Shown in pieces: positions 9,845 to 19,897 of a DNA stretch of 64,000 nt (position 1 is the stretch's first letter; each line of letters begins with the position of its first letter). Source of the stretch: Bdellovibrionota bacterium. GTDB taxonomy: Bacteria > Bdellovibrionota_C > UBA2361. The position numbers and the translations under genes are program-made. Under the pieces are notes generated by a model that saw nothing but the letters and a program-made list of their open reading frames with translations, searched no databases and had not been told where the DNA came from. Where the stretch lies: assembly GCA_044352465.1 (NCBI GenBank), contig JBILDU010000002.1, positions 13,915 through 77,914 on the forward strand, read 5' to 3'.

Positions 9845-11650
9845 ATGCCACCAACGCCCCTCATAAGTGCTCAAAAAGTTACCAAGATCTTTGGTATACG
9901 CCCTCTCTTTACCGATATCTCGGTCGCGGTGAGTGAGGGGGAGCGGGTCGGCGTTGTCGGTCCGAACGGCTCGGGAAAATCCACCTTGTTACGGATTTTA
10001 GCGGGACTTGAGGAGCCGGATGAAGGGGATGTGGCGCTGCGCAAAGATCTTGCAGTGCGGTACGTGGCGCAGGAAGATCGTTTCCCTGATGGTTCGACCG
10101 TTGAAAGTGTGTTGCGCGAAGCCGTGCCAACCCACGAAGGTAATCCCGATGGTCGCGTTGCTGAGGCGTGCGGCATCGCGGGGTTTACGGAGCGGAATGC
10201 TCTTACCGCAGAGCTTTCCGGTGGCCAGCGAAAGCGGCTGGCTATTGCGGCAGCGCTTGTCAGTAGCCCAGAGCTCCTCCTCCTCGATGAGCCGACTAAC
10301 CATCTCGATATTGCGGGGGTCGAGTGGCTCGAGGGGGTTCTGCAAAAGGGAAATTTTGCAGCGGTATTTATCTCCCACGATCGGTATTTCATCGAGAACG
10401 TTGCGGCGCGTGTCCTCGAGATCGATCGGCGGTATCCGGGGGGATTCTTTTCGGTCACCGGTACGTACAGCGAGTTTCTGGAGAATCGCGCCGTTTTCCT
10501 TGAGCAGCGCGAGCAGTATCAGGCCTCCCTGGCGAATAAGGTCCGACGAGAAGTTGAGTGGCTTCGTCGGGGTGCGAAGGCGCGAACGACGAAAGCAAAA
10601 GGACGGATCGATCGCGCGGGTGACCTGATCGCCGAGCTGAAAGGTTTCGAGCCGAATGCTCGCACCGCCGGGATCGCGTTTAGTGGTTCAGAGCGAAAGA
10701 CTCAAGAGCTGATTCGAGTTGAGGGTATTACGAAGCGTTTGGGGGAGAGGGTCCTTTTCGAAGACGTGACGGTGACGCTCGCACCCGGCACACGCCTCGG
10801 AGTTGTCGGGAATAACGGCTCGGGGAAGACCACTTTTTTGAACACGCTCTTGGGGAAACTTTCCCCCGATAACGGACGCGTGGTGCAAGCGCCCCGATTG
10901 AAAATCGCTGTTCTCGATCAGAGGCGCTCAGCTCTCAGTCTCGATCAGAAGCTCCAGGAGCTTTTTTGTCGCTCCGGTGATTCGGTGGTCTTTCAAGGGC
11001 GGGAGTATCACGCTTCCGCATGGGCCCGGCGCTTCCTCTTTCGACCGGAGCAGTTAAAGCTTCCGGTGAGCGAGTTATCGGGGGGCGAGCGCGCGCGGGC
11101 GCTGATCGCTCGGCTGATGCTTGAGCCGGCCGATATCTTGGTGCTCGATGAGCCGACGAACGATCTCGATATCCCGACGCTTGAAGTTCTGGAGGAAGCG
11201 CTCGATGAGTTTTCGGGGGCGGTCGTGTTGGTGACCCACGACCGTTATCTGCTCGATCGGGTTGCGTCAACCGTGGTGGGACTCACCGAGATCCCCGGGA
11301 AACGCTCCCTCCTCTATGCCGATTACCACCAATGGGTCGCCGTCGTTGAGGGGGCAACCGGGGGGAAAGACGCGAAGAAGAGCGCTCCACTCGATGTGCG
11401 GGAGGGTGCTCTGCGGCCCGAGTCTAAGAAACTTTCTTACATGGAGCACCGGGAGCTCAAGGCTATCGAGGGAAAGATAGAGGCGGCGGAGAAGAAGGTG
11501 GTTGAGCTTCAAGCGAGCCTCACACGAGCGGAGGTCGTCTCCGATGGGTTAAAGTTACAGGCGCAATGTAAACTGCTCGCCGAGGCCCAAGCGGAGGTGG
11601 AGACGCTGTTTGGTCGGTGGGCCGAGCTTGATAGTCGATCGAAGAAGTGA
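9845..11650 (+). CDS. ABC-F family ATPase (Uup/EttA-like, two ABC domains plus C-terminal coiled coil)
   Basis: Two Walker A motifs (GPNGSGKST, GNNGSGKTT), two ABC signatures (LSGGQRKRLAIAAAL, LSGGERARALIARLM), no TM domain, and a C-terminal coiled coil (…IEAAEKKVVELQASLTRAE…). Confidence 0.9.
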   Translation: MPPTPLISAQKVTKIFGIRPLFTDISVAVSEGERVGVVGPNGSGKSTLLRILAGLEEPDEGDVALRKDLAVRYVAQEDRFPDGSTVESVLREAVPTHEGNPDGRVAEACGIAGFTERNALTAELSGGQRKRLAIAAALVSSPELLLLDEPTNHLDIAGVEWLEGVLQKGNFAAVFISHDRYFIENVAARVLEIDRRYPGGFFSVTGTYSEFLENRAVFLEQREQYQASLANKVRREVEWLRRGAKARTTKAKGRIDRAGDLIAELKGFEPNARTAGIAFSGSERKTQELIRVEGITKRLGERVLFEDVTVTLAPGTRLGVVGNNGSGKTTFLNTLLGKLSPDNGRVVQAPRLKIAVLDQRRSALSLDQKLQELFCRSGDSVVFQGREYHASAWARRFLFRPEQLKLPVSELSGGERARALIARLMLEPADILVLDEPTNDLDIPTLEVLEEALDEFSGAVVLVTHDRYLLDRVASTVVGLTEIPGKRSLLYADYHQWVAVVEGATGGKDAKKSAPLDVREGALRPESKKLSYMEHRELKAIEGKIEAAEKKVVELQASLTRAEVVSDGLKLQAQCKLLAEAQAEVETLFGRWAELDSRSKK

Positions 11651-11925
11651 ACCAAAAAAATAGTTCCCTATCTACTCAGGGATTTCATCCCTTTCCCACC
11701 GCTGAGAGGGTGTAAGAGGGATCCAACCTGCCCGCCTCAAAAGGTTTGTTTAGGTCCGAGTGATGTGGGTGAAAGATGAGCTACGAGAAACCCGGAGCTC
11801 GTGCTCATAATCGCTATGATTTGTCATCAGTTAGCAATAATTTCCGCCCCGAATCGTTACCTTTAGAGTCCAACGAGACGACACACCTTAGCCGGTAAAG
11901 CCTGGGTATTTCGACGGTAGGTGGG

Positions 11926-14751
11926 GTGGTTTCCAATCTTTCGACACGGTCGTTTGTAGGACGATTTTCGTGCGCGCTTCGATCGGCGGTGGTTTTCTTA
12001 CAAGCTCTCTTCCTTCTCCTTTCCACGGTCTTTTGTGCTTCAGCTTTTTCGGATGATGAGTCGCGTCTCTGCGAAAATAATGAGTTGTTGGTAGAGTTCT
12101 CTGCCCATGCGCTCGCCAGGACCTTAACGAGTGGGACTTTTCGGGAGCATCTCCGCGCGGAGGAATTCGTGGGCTCGCGGAATGAGCGGATTGAGAAGGC
12201 TAAAAATTTTCTCTTAGATAACCTTGCGGCGGTTGATCTGTCGATGAATGAGGAGCTCAAGCTCGGTCCAACCGTGGCGCTAGTTTCGGCCGAAGATGTC
12301 GGCGAAGCCAGCTCGCTCCACGAGCTTCGTCAGGTTGTCCGCCGAGATAACCGGGCGATACGTGATTTTGAGTGTAATAATCCGGTCGCTCTCTTTGCTC
12401 GACCCAACGACCCTTTCTACGACAACCTGTGGGGCGTGCAAGCGGTTCCGGGAATAGAGGCTGAGCGTCCGTGGGATAGCTCCACGGGAGATATCACACA
12501 GGCGGTCGCGGTGATCGATACCGGTATCGACTATACCCATCCTGACCTCGCGGCGAATATGTGGCGTAATCCAAGAGAGGTTTCGGGTAACGGAATCGAC
12601 GACGATCGAAATGGGTACATCGATGATATTCATGGTGCCGACCTGGTCAATATCGATGGAGATCCGCTGGACGACCATAGCCACGGTACCCACGTTGCGG
12701 GGACTATTGGGGCGGTCGGCAATAATAGGATCGGAATCGCCGGTGTTAATTGGCAAGCAAACCTTATCGGCGTCAAGGTGCTGAGCGCCTCGGGGCGGGG
12801 GTATGACTCGCAGATTCTCGCCGGGATCAACTACGTGATCGGACTTCGTCAGAGTGGGGTAAACGTCCGGGTTATCAATATGTCGCTGGGAGGACCGTAT
12901 CCGAACTCGATGATCAAAGCCGCCATAGATCGTGCGGGCGAACTTGGGATCGTGGTCGTTGCTGCAGCCGGTAACAGCGCTCAAAATATCGATCGTTCGC
13001 CGAGTTATCCAGCCGCGTATTCGAGTCCGAATATTATATCGGTAGCCGCGATTACGGGGAGTGGAAGACTTGCTTCATTCTCCAACTACGGTACGACAAA
13101 CGTCGACGTGGCTGCTCCAGGGGTAAATATTTTTAGCACCGTCCTCAATGGCGGATACGAATGGTACAACGGTACCTCGATGGCCGCTCCCCATGTTGCC
13201 GGTATGGCGACGTATCTTTTGGGGGTCAATCCGACTGTGTCGGTGGGCGATCTGGTCGCGACGATCGTGAACACCGGGGTGCCTCAGGCGAGTCTTACGG
13301 GGGTTGTCGGGTCGGGTAGGCTCGCCCATCTTCCGAACGCGGTCGAAGCTATTCGGAAAGTTGGACTCGCTATCAGTGGGCGGATTACTCGAAGTAGTAC
13401 GCCGCTCAGCGGTGTCCCGGTCAGCGCAGGACCGTTCGGAGCTACAACGACCGATACTGACGGAGTATACCGCCTTTTGAACATTCCGAACGGTGCGGCG
13501 GTAACGATAACACCGACTTTAAGCTGCACCGTATTCACGCCACCGTCGATCACCCGCACGGTAGACGGTACACCAATTACCGATGCGAATTTTACCGCAG
13601 CCACGGCGCAATACCAGCTCGGTGGGCGGGTAGTCGACGGAGCGGGGCGCCCGATCACTGGAGCTACGGTCGCGGTGGCTCTCAACGCAGGAGCTCCCGC
13701 GCTGTTCACCTCAGGAAGTGATGGATCGTTCAGTGTCACGACGGCCTCGTGCGGTTCGAACTACACCGTGACCGTCTCCCGAGCGGGCTATGTTTTCCCG
13801 GCGGTGAGCGGTGCCTTGAACGGAACCGTATCCCTCACTCTCCAAGCTTACGACGGCAGTTTATACTCCATCTCGGGAGTTGTTCGGGACACCGCTGGAA
13901 GGGGGGTCGGTGGTGCGACGGTGGTAGCGACCTCACTGCGTGGCCTACCACCTTTCTCAACGCAGTCTGGGGCTGACGGGAGTTTCGTCATCAGCAACGT
14001 CTATTCGCCTGAGACCTATACCGTGTCGGCGGCTCGGTCGGGGTACCAATGCCTCAGCTCAGCTACCGTCGCGGTCAGTGGGGCGAATGTGGTGGCGCGT
14101 ATTCCTGATTGCATTCCTCCGCCAACGCCAACACCGACCCCGACTCCGACGCCGACCCCGACACGTACCCCGACCCCGACACCCACGAGTACTCCCACCC
14201 CGACACCAACGCCGACGCCTACCCCAACACCGACGCCAACGCCCCTCCCTTCGATGCAATTCGTGAGTGTGCGCTTTGAGGGGGCCGCCGGACCACTCGT
14301 TGGGGCACGCGTTGTCGCTGAATGGAGCTCACGTTACGGCAACGAGCGAGGGAGGACGAAGTTTACCGATTCTCAGGGGCTGGTACGCTACGATAATGTA
14401 CCGGATGGAGCGCAGTTCACTGTGACCGCTCAAAAGAGTGGCCACGAGTTCGAGCGTATTACCGCCAGCGTCAACGGACCTATTCTCGTCACGGTCCGTG
14501 GAGCAATCAAGACGTTCAAGCTTGCGGGGCGGGTATGGGATCGGTTTGGCCGAAATGGAGTTCCTGGGGTGACGGTCACCGACGGGAACGGTGGGACAAC
14601 GGTGACGAATGCGGTGGGTGAATTTGAGTTGTTCGCCCCCTATAATTCGAGGTATCGACTCGAAGCCACGAAGACGGGCGTTGGCTTTGGGAATATTCCC
14701 GAGGGGATGGTGTTAGGCACTGTCGATACAAATATTATGGCGATGCAGTAA
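11926..14751 (+). CDS. secreted subtilisin-like serine peptidase (S8) with multiple CarboxypepD_reg-like domains and a Pro-Thr linker
   Basis: GTG start after a GGTGGGG RBS. Signal peptide present. Catalytic triad motifs DTGIDYTHPD (Asp), HGTHVAGTIGA (His), GTSMAAPHVAG (Ser). Then repeated beta-sandwich modules (…GGRVVDGAGRPITGATVAV…) separated by a (PT)n linker. Confidence 0.9.
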   Translation: MVSNLSTRSFVGRFSCALRSAVVFLQALFLLLSTVFCASAFSDDESRLCENNELLVEFSAHALARTLTSGTFREHLRAEEFVGSRNERIEKAKNFLLDNLAAVDLSMNEELKLGPTVALVSAEDVGEASSLHELRQVVRRDNRAIRDFECNNPVALFARPNDPFYDNLWGVQAVPGIEAERPWDSSTGDITQAVAVIDTGIDYTHPDLAANMWRNPREVSGNGIDDDRNGYIDDIHGADLVNIDGDPLDDHSHGTHVAGTIGAVGNNRIGIAGVNWQANLIGVKVLSASGRGYDSQILAGINYVIGLRQSGVNVRVINMSLGGPYPNSMIKAAIDRAGELGIVVVAAAGNSAQNIDRSPSYPAAYSSPNIISVAAITGSGRLASFSNYGTTNVDVAAPGVNIFSTVLNGGYEWYNGTSMAAPHVAGMATYLLGVNPTVSVGDLVATIVNTGVPQASLTGVVGSGRLAHLPNAVEAIRKVGLAISGRITRSSTPLSGVPVSAGPFGATTTDTDGVYRLLNIPNGAAVTITPTLSCTVFTPPSITRTVDGTPITDANFTAATAQYQLGGRVVDGAGRPITGATVAVALNAGAPALFTSGSDGSFSVTTASCGSNYTVTVSRAGYVFPAVSGALNGTVSLTLQAYDGSLYSISGVVRDTAGRGVGGATVVATSLRGLPPFSTQSGADGSFVISNVYSPETYTVSAARSGYQCLSSATVAVSGANVVARIPDCIPPPTPTPTPTPTPTPTRTPTPTPTSTPTPTPTPTPTPTPTPTPLPSMQFVSVRFEGAAGPLVGARVVAEWSSRYGNERGRTKFTDSQGLVRYDNVPDGAQFTVTAQKSGHEFERITASVNGPILVTVRGAIKTFKLAGRVWDRFGRNGVPGVTVTDGNGGTTVTNAVGEFELFAPYNSRYRLEATKTGVGFGNIPEGMVLGTVDTNIMAMQ
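14117..14250 (+). repeat. low-complexity coding repeat (CCG-ACN)n encoding a PTPTPTP… linker inside the S8 peptidase gene
   Basis: [42 protein letters not shown]. The antisense frame gives a spurious GVGVGV… ORF (14016..14198). Confidence 0.8.
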
Positions 14752-14895
14752 AAAGAGATGGGCAGCAAGCGGCGTAGACAGCAGAGTGACGTGACTGAAG
14801 GGCCAGCTCATACCGTGCCCAGAGAGTTCGTTCATCTGAGCGACGCGGGGAATAGGGTCTTGAGGAGCACCATTCGGGCTTGGGGCGAGTTAAAA

Positions 14896-17800
14896 ATGGG
14901 TCGGAGTACATTTTTAAAAGCGCTCCTTGTTCTCGCGGGTATGCTTTTCCCTTTAACGAGTTTCGGCGAGATCTACACCGTCCAAATCCGTGACATAACG
15001 GGTGCTCCGGTACCAAACGTGAGAGTCTTTGGAACAGCCGGGTTTAATAGCTTCCCGAACCGAATCACCGATCGTGATGGGTTATTCGCTTTTGATAGCG
15101 ATGATCTAAAGGCCCCTGCTCTCATCACATTCGCGAATGATTCGGCACGCCAACGATTTGACCCACCGGAGCTCGTTATCGGACCGGTTGGCTGTCCGGG
15201 TCGGAAATGTCTGGTAACCGCGCACGATGATCCTACGGGCACGACCGTGCTGACGTGGAACGTGCGCGGTTCAAACGGTAGAGGTGTACCGAATGTGCCG
15301 GTTACGGTCTCGAGTGCCGTATCGCCGTGCCAGACTCGATCGACTGATAGCGATGGCAACGTCGTTTTCGCGGTTTACCGAGCGCTCGGAACGTGTAACG
15401 ACGGAAACACGACAACGAGCGATAATTTTACGACGATAACTGCGGAGAGTCCGAAGGGAGCGATCTATTCATTTTCTGACCCAAAGGGGCCTCGCTTTAC
15501 TCGATGTCTGACCTCGGTGGTTGACGGATTTTTTGTTGCGACCGGTCGTCAGGCTGCCTCGCTCCCCGTAACGAACGTTATCACGTATCGTATTTTTGCT
15601 CTGACCCCTCAGAATACGCCCCTTCAAGGAGTAACCTTTACCGGCCCGGAGCTCGGTAAGCTTCCAGTCTCACTGCGAACGACGGGAGCCACCGGCTTCT
15701 TCTCCGTTTCAACGACTCAGTTGGGGATCTCCTCGGGCGCGAGTTGGAGCTTGGCAGCGCAAACCGACTATGACGTCTACCCGAAAGAGGTGACTATCAA
15801 TCCTCAAGAGCGGGTGATGAACGATATTCGATTCACGGCCTTCTCTAATTTCCAGGGAAGCGGGGCGTTGGTCGTTGATGTGCGTGAGGGGGGTCTATCC
15901 CTCGGCGGCGTTAAAGTTGAATCCTCCGAATTGAATGCATGCGGGCAAGCTCGCACCACGAACTCTGAGGGAAGAGCCCTTCTTGCCTTTAAATCTCGAT
16001 CGGCGTGTAACGATAACGATTTCGACCACCGAAACGATACCGTGTCGGTGACACCGCAGATGGCTGGATGCGATTTTACCGAAAGTCATGCAACCCCTTT
16101 TCAGCGTTGCCCCAGTAGTGAAGCGGTGATGACGTTGCATGCGTATTGCCGCGAGCCAGCTCCGCAACAACGTCTTATTAGCGGAAGCGTTTTCAATCTC
16201 GACACCGTCCCGCTCCCTAACGCATCGATTCTTCGAGATGGCGCGCTGGTCGCAACGACGGGGTCAAACGGGAGTTACTTTTTATATGTTGATGAGTATA
16301 GCTCACCCAGCTTACGCGCGTCCGCCGGCACGCTTATGTTTGATCCACAGAGCGTCTCGATCGATCAGATCGATCGGAATCACTCCGATGTGAACTTCGT
16401 TGCGGTCGGCCCCGCGCTTCAACCGAGCGCGACGCCAGCTCCGCCAACGTGTCCGGTTGCAGCTAACTATGAGATCACCGGGCAAGTCACAGCGCTCGAC
16501 GGCAAGCCGCTCGAGGGGGCGGTGGTGTCAGTGAACCATGAGCCTGAAACGAAGACCGATGCCAGGGGAAATTACACGGTCACGGTCCCGCGGGGGGCGG
16601 ATGTCTGGGTAACGGTGGATTCGGATGGACGGCGTTTCGACCCAGCAGGGGCCTACTATCCGAATGTGATGTGTAACCTTACCAATAATGTATTCGAAGT
16701 ATCGGTCGAGAGTTTTCAGCTCGTTGGACGGGTGGTGAATTCTCTCTATGAGCCGATGCCGGACGTCGCAGTGACCCTCGAGCACGAGTCCACGAGGAAG
16801 ATAACGTCGACCGATGAGCGGGGATATTTTCTTCTGACCGTTCCAGACGGAGCGAACTACGTCCTCAGAGCAAGCCTTCCTGGGCATGACTTTGTGCCCG
16901 CGGTTCATGCCGGTGAGGGGGAGGCGAACGAAACCGGGCTCGATTTCAGATCAATCGTTGAGCCAACTCCGCTCCCTGTTCCACCGACACCAATTCCGAC
17001 GATTCCGCCACCCGTGAATACAAGACCAGCAAACCCGACGCCAGAAGCGACCCCCCGCCCGGTCGAGACTTCGGTACCGACACCGTCTCCAGCTCCATCA
17101 ACCCCCATGCCGACGGTAGCACCGACCTCGACTCCACGGGCAACGGTAGCTCCGGTGACACCGCCTCAAGCTCCGACGGTCGCCCCGACACCATCACCTT
17201 CGCCGCGGATTTCGGAGCCCACACCAGTACCTGCACCGGTAGTAACATACTCTCCGGTGCCGAGTTCAACCGTAATCCCGACGGCGACGGTGATACCACC
17301 TTCAACTCCGACTGCCCCTCGTCCGGTGCCGTCGGCAACGCCGGGCTCGATACCGAGTGTGTCGCCAACCGTTGCGCCAACCGCAACACCGACTCGGGTG
17401 ACTCCGTCACCGTCCCCTGAGCCCACGACGGTTTCGACCGCGACTCCTCGCCCGAGTGCGACACCTGACGAGCGGGGGAACTTAGAGCTAACGCTGGCAA
17501 GCATTTGTTCTTTTAATCCGGAGAAGTTCGCGCGGTGGTCGGTAACGAACGGCGGTTCGAGTGCGCTCACACTCACCTGGGATCTCTACGGCTCCCTGCA
17601 GAGAGGTACCGTCGTTGCGGGGGTAGGCACGACCTTCTTTGAAACTAGCCGTGAGGAGGGTTCGAATACTTTGCTGCTCTTTAGCGGCGGAGTCATGGTC
17701 GCAGTGGAAAGGGCGCAGTTTACCCCCTGTGTTGTAGCTCCCGCGCCGAGTCCCGGAGTTCCCGTAAATCCGGAGCCGGGCCAGACACCTCCTCCGACCA

Positions 17801-18261
17801 CACCGCCGAATGAGCCGGCCCCGATATCCCCAACGCCGAGCGTGGTGGCTCCTCCGCCCGAGGCTACGACTATCCCGGAGGGTCCTACTCCGCTGCCTAT
17901 CGTGGCCCCGGCAGAGCCGACCGTTGCGCCTACCCCAACCTCGACCCCCCGTCCGATGATAGAGATCCGGGGCGCGTTAACCGAAAAAGACGGTAGACGA
18001 CTCTCCGTAAAGATGATGAGCCGACTTGAAAAGCTTGGCGAGGGAGCCATTAAGATAGTTGCGACTAATCGGTCCACCGCGGAGCGATTCGAGGTCTCGC
18101 TCGAACGACCGTTTCGGTACACGCTCGAGGTGCCGATTGGTGAGTACCGCATTCGACTATTGGCACCGGCGCTGAAGACGCTTTCGCGGCGAAGTTATCG
18201 GCTTGACCTTGAATCTTCCAGACGGCACATGAACTTTGCCGTGAGAATCCAGGACAGATAA
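14896..18261 (+). CDS. large secreted surface protein with repeated CarboxypepD_reg-like beta-sandwich domains and two long Pro-rich (mucin-like) segments
   Basis: Start taken at the internal ATG preceding signal peptide MGRSTFLKALLVLAGMLFPLTSFGE. Repeated …GSVFNLDTVPLPNASI…, …GQVTALDGKPLEGAVVSV…, …GRVVNSLYEPMPDVAVTL… modules. Pro/Thr/Ser/Val-rich stretch of about 200 aa (aa ~730-930) and a second at aa ~1010-1080. Confidence 0.75.
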   Translation: MGRSTFLKALLVLAGMLFPLTSFGEIYTVQIRDITGAPVPNVRVFGTAGFNSFPNRITDRDGLFAFDSDDLKAPALITFANDSARQRFDPPELVIGPVGCPGRKCLVTAHDDPTGTTVLTWNVRGSNGRGVPNVPVTVSSAVSPCQTRSTDSDGNVVFAVYRALGTCNDGNTTTSDNFTTITAESPKGAIYSFSDPKGPRFTRCLTSVVDGFFVATGRQAASLPVTNVITYRIFALTPQNTPLQGVTFTGPELGKLPVSLRTTGATGFFSVSTTQLGISSGASWSLAAQTDYDVYPKEVTINPQERVMNDIRFTAFSNFQGSGALVVDVREGGLSLGGVKVESSELNACGQARTTNSEGRALLAFKSRSACNDNDFDHRNDTVSVTPQMAGCDFTESHATPFQRCPSSEAVMTLHAYCREPAPQQRLISGSVFNLDTVPLPNASILRDGALVATTGSNGSYFLYVDEYSSPSLRASAGTLMFDPQSVSIDQIDRNHSDVNFVAVGPALQPSATPAPPTCPVAANYEITGQVTALDGKPLEGAVVSVNHEPETKTDARGNYTVTVPRGADVWVTVDSDGRRFDPAGAYYPNVMCNLTNNVFEVSVESFQLVGRVVNSLYEPMPDVAVTLEHESTRKITSTDERGYFLLTVPDGANYVLRASLPGHDFVPAVHAGEGEANETGLDFRSIVEPTPLPVPPTPIPTIPPPVNTRPANPTPEATPRPVETSVPTPSPAPSTPMPTVAPTSTPRATVAPVTPPQAPTVAPTPSPSPRISEPTPVPAPVVTYSPVPSSTVIPTATVIPPSTPTAPRPVPSATPGSIPSVSPTVAPTATPTRVTPSPSPEPTTVSTATPRPSATPDERGNLELTLASICSFNPEKFARWSVTNGGSSALTLTWDLYGSLQRGTVVAGVGTTFFETSREEGSNTLLLFSGGVMVAVERAQFTPCVVAPAPSPGVPVNPEPGQTPPPTTPPNEPAPISPTPSVVAPPPEATTIPEGPTPLPIVAPAEPTVAPTPTSTPRPMIEIRGALTEKDGRRLSVKMMSRLEKLGEGAIKIVATNRSTAERFEVSLERPFRYTLEVPIGEYRIRLLAPALKTLSRRSYRLDLESSRRHMNFAVRIQDR

Positions 18262-18403
18262 GCCACCGAATATCTCGGTTGAGAATTCGTGTACCCCCAA
18301 CGATTATTCGTCGGAGCGGAGCGCGGTGTCGCGTTTCGGCACACCCCGGAAGGGTGGCGCACGCCCTCAAAGGAGCAATGGAAGTGAGATTACGAAGCGG
18401 CTA

Positions 18404-19897
18404 CTAAACGGGGAAATAGCCCTCAACGCGGATGTCGTGATCGGGGTGGAGTACACCGAGACGCTCATCGAATCCGAATGAGAGCAGATGTTTTCCGTGT
18501 GGGTGGGTCGCGATGATCGCGCGCAGGGGGACCTTGCTCGCGTCATGACTCCATGCGGCGAAGGGGCCGAAGGTGATCTCGCCCAGTGCTCCCGACTTGC
18601 CGCGTTTGTCGAGATCGGCGGCGATGAGTTCACGGCAGGCGAAATCAAAGATCCCCTCACGCGGGCGCGAAACGAGCCGCTCAATCTCACTCGCCAGGAC
18701 GCGCGGGTGCAGCAGCCACGCTTCCACCCGCGAGGCGTAACGAGGGCTCGGCGGGGCGCCAAACGTCGCCTTGAGGTTTGGCCAAAATCCCTCACACGGT
18801 AGCTCGTCCACATGGACAAGGAGCCCCCCGAGTTTACGCGATTGTACTATCGTGTCGCCGTGCGGGCCGGGGATAATGCGGAGTCCGTAGCGGTCCTCGA
18901 TGGTGGTGAAGATATGGTAATGCCGGGACTCGTCGGCGGCGAGCGCCGCTCCGTGGACGTCGATCCGCCAGGTCTTTTCCCAGACTGCTTTAAATGATTC
19001 GCGCAGAGTCGCTTCGACGTGGGCGATCAGAGCTGGAGCAAGAGCTTGTCGCTCCACGACGGTGTAGTCGTAGCGGAGATGGTTGCGTTTAAAGCTCTCA
19101 CCGAGGTCGATCGAGCGGTGGGCACCCCGGTGAGTAGGCGTGACAATAGACTGAAGGGGGATGAAGAATTCGACTTCGTGAAGGAGTCCTCCGCCGGGGT
19201 TCACGATCTTGGCAGCGTAGTGTCGGCCCCGGTCATCAGCTAAAAGGAGGACTAATCCGTCGTCGGGGCTATCATCCGCCACGGTGGCATGGGTGAACCG
19301 AATCGTTGGCGATATCTCTCGCCGAGCGAAGCGGGTGAGGAGTTCTCCGACGAGCGAATCAGAGTCCCCGTTGTGAAAGCGGATCGCTTCGCGCCGCATC
19401 AGCCGGGGGAGTAGGACAGGCGTCGCCTCAACAAGAAAGTTCGAGTCGCGTGGAGTGATATCAAAGAGGATTCCGCAAAAGGTATCTTCTTCGAATCGCC
19501 GAGCGTTCGCGAGGAGTGGACCTGGATCTAGTTTGAGTATGTCGTCGGGGCGCGGGAGAAGAAGCTCTCCTGTTGTTCGCTCGCGAACCGAAGCGAGGAA
19601 TAGATCTCTGCCTGAGGTAAGGCACGTTGCGACGATTTCCACATCGATTTCGCCCCGAGGTCGATCTTCCGGCTCGAATAGGTTGCTCAGAAACTCTGAG
19701 TAGCGCTGGCGTGTCGTGGAGAGATCGGAGCTGTCATGGGGGAGATTCGAAAGGGCGATGTGAGCGAAAAAACGAGCCTCGGCTTCAGCGCGGGGGGTAA
19801 GTCTCGCCGCCGAAGGTGGGTACGCGAGCGCGCCGAGATCAAAAGCCCCGTCAGAGGGATCTCGGTCGCTCGGTCCAAAATGGTGTGACATCGCCAT
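18404..19897 (-). CDS. conserved hypothetical protein (497 aa, cytoplasmic, His-rich motifs; family not recognised)
   Basis: Long clean ORF with no TM or signal peptide. Notable motifs IIATHPHGKHLLSFGFDERLGVLHPDHD near the C-terminus. Two spurious antisense ORFs overlap it. Confidence 0.6.
   Translation of the reverse strand: MAMSHHFGPSDRDPSDGAFDLGALAYPPSAARLTPRAEAEARFFAHIALSNLPHDSSDLSTTRQRYSEFLSNLFEPEDRPRGEIDVEIVATCLTSGRDLFLASVRERTTGELLLPRPDDILKLDPGPLLANARRFEEDTFCGILFDITPRDSNFLVEATPVLLPRLMRREAIRFHNGDSDSLVGELLTRFARREISPTIRFTHATVADDSPDDGLVLLLADDRGRHYAAKIVNPGGGLLHEVEFFIPLQSIVTPTHRGAHRSIDLGESFKRNHLRYDYTVVERQALAPALIAHVEATLRESFKAVWEKTWRIDVHGAALAADESRHYHIFTTIEDRYGLRIIPGPHGDTIVQSRKLGGLLVHVDELPCEGFWPNLKATFGAPPSPRYASRVEAWLLHPRVLASEIERLVSRPREGIFDFACRELIAADLDKRGKSGALGEITFGPFAAWSHDASKVPLRAIIATHPHGKHLLSFGFDERLGVLHPDHDIRVEGYFPV

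Noticed and set aside
12280-12984. 234-aa minus-strand ORF inside the S8 peptidase gene
   Set aside because: Antisense to the catalytic-triad region of the peptidase. No motifs.
14016-14260. Tandem (CCGACN)n DNA repeats considered as a possible CRISPR or VNTR array
   Set aside because: They are in-frame coding repeats producing PT linkers. No spacer or repeat architecture and no cas genes anywhere in the window.
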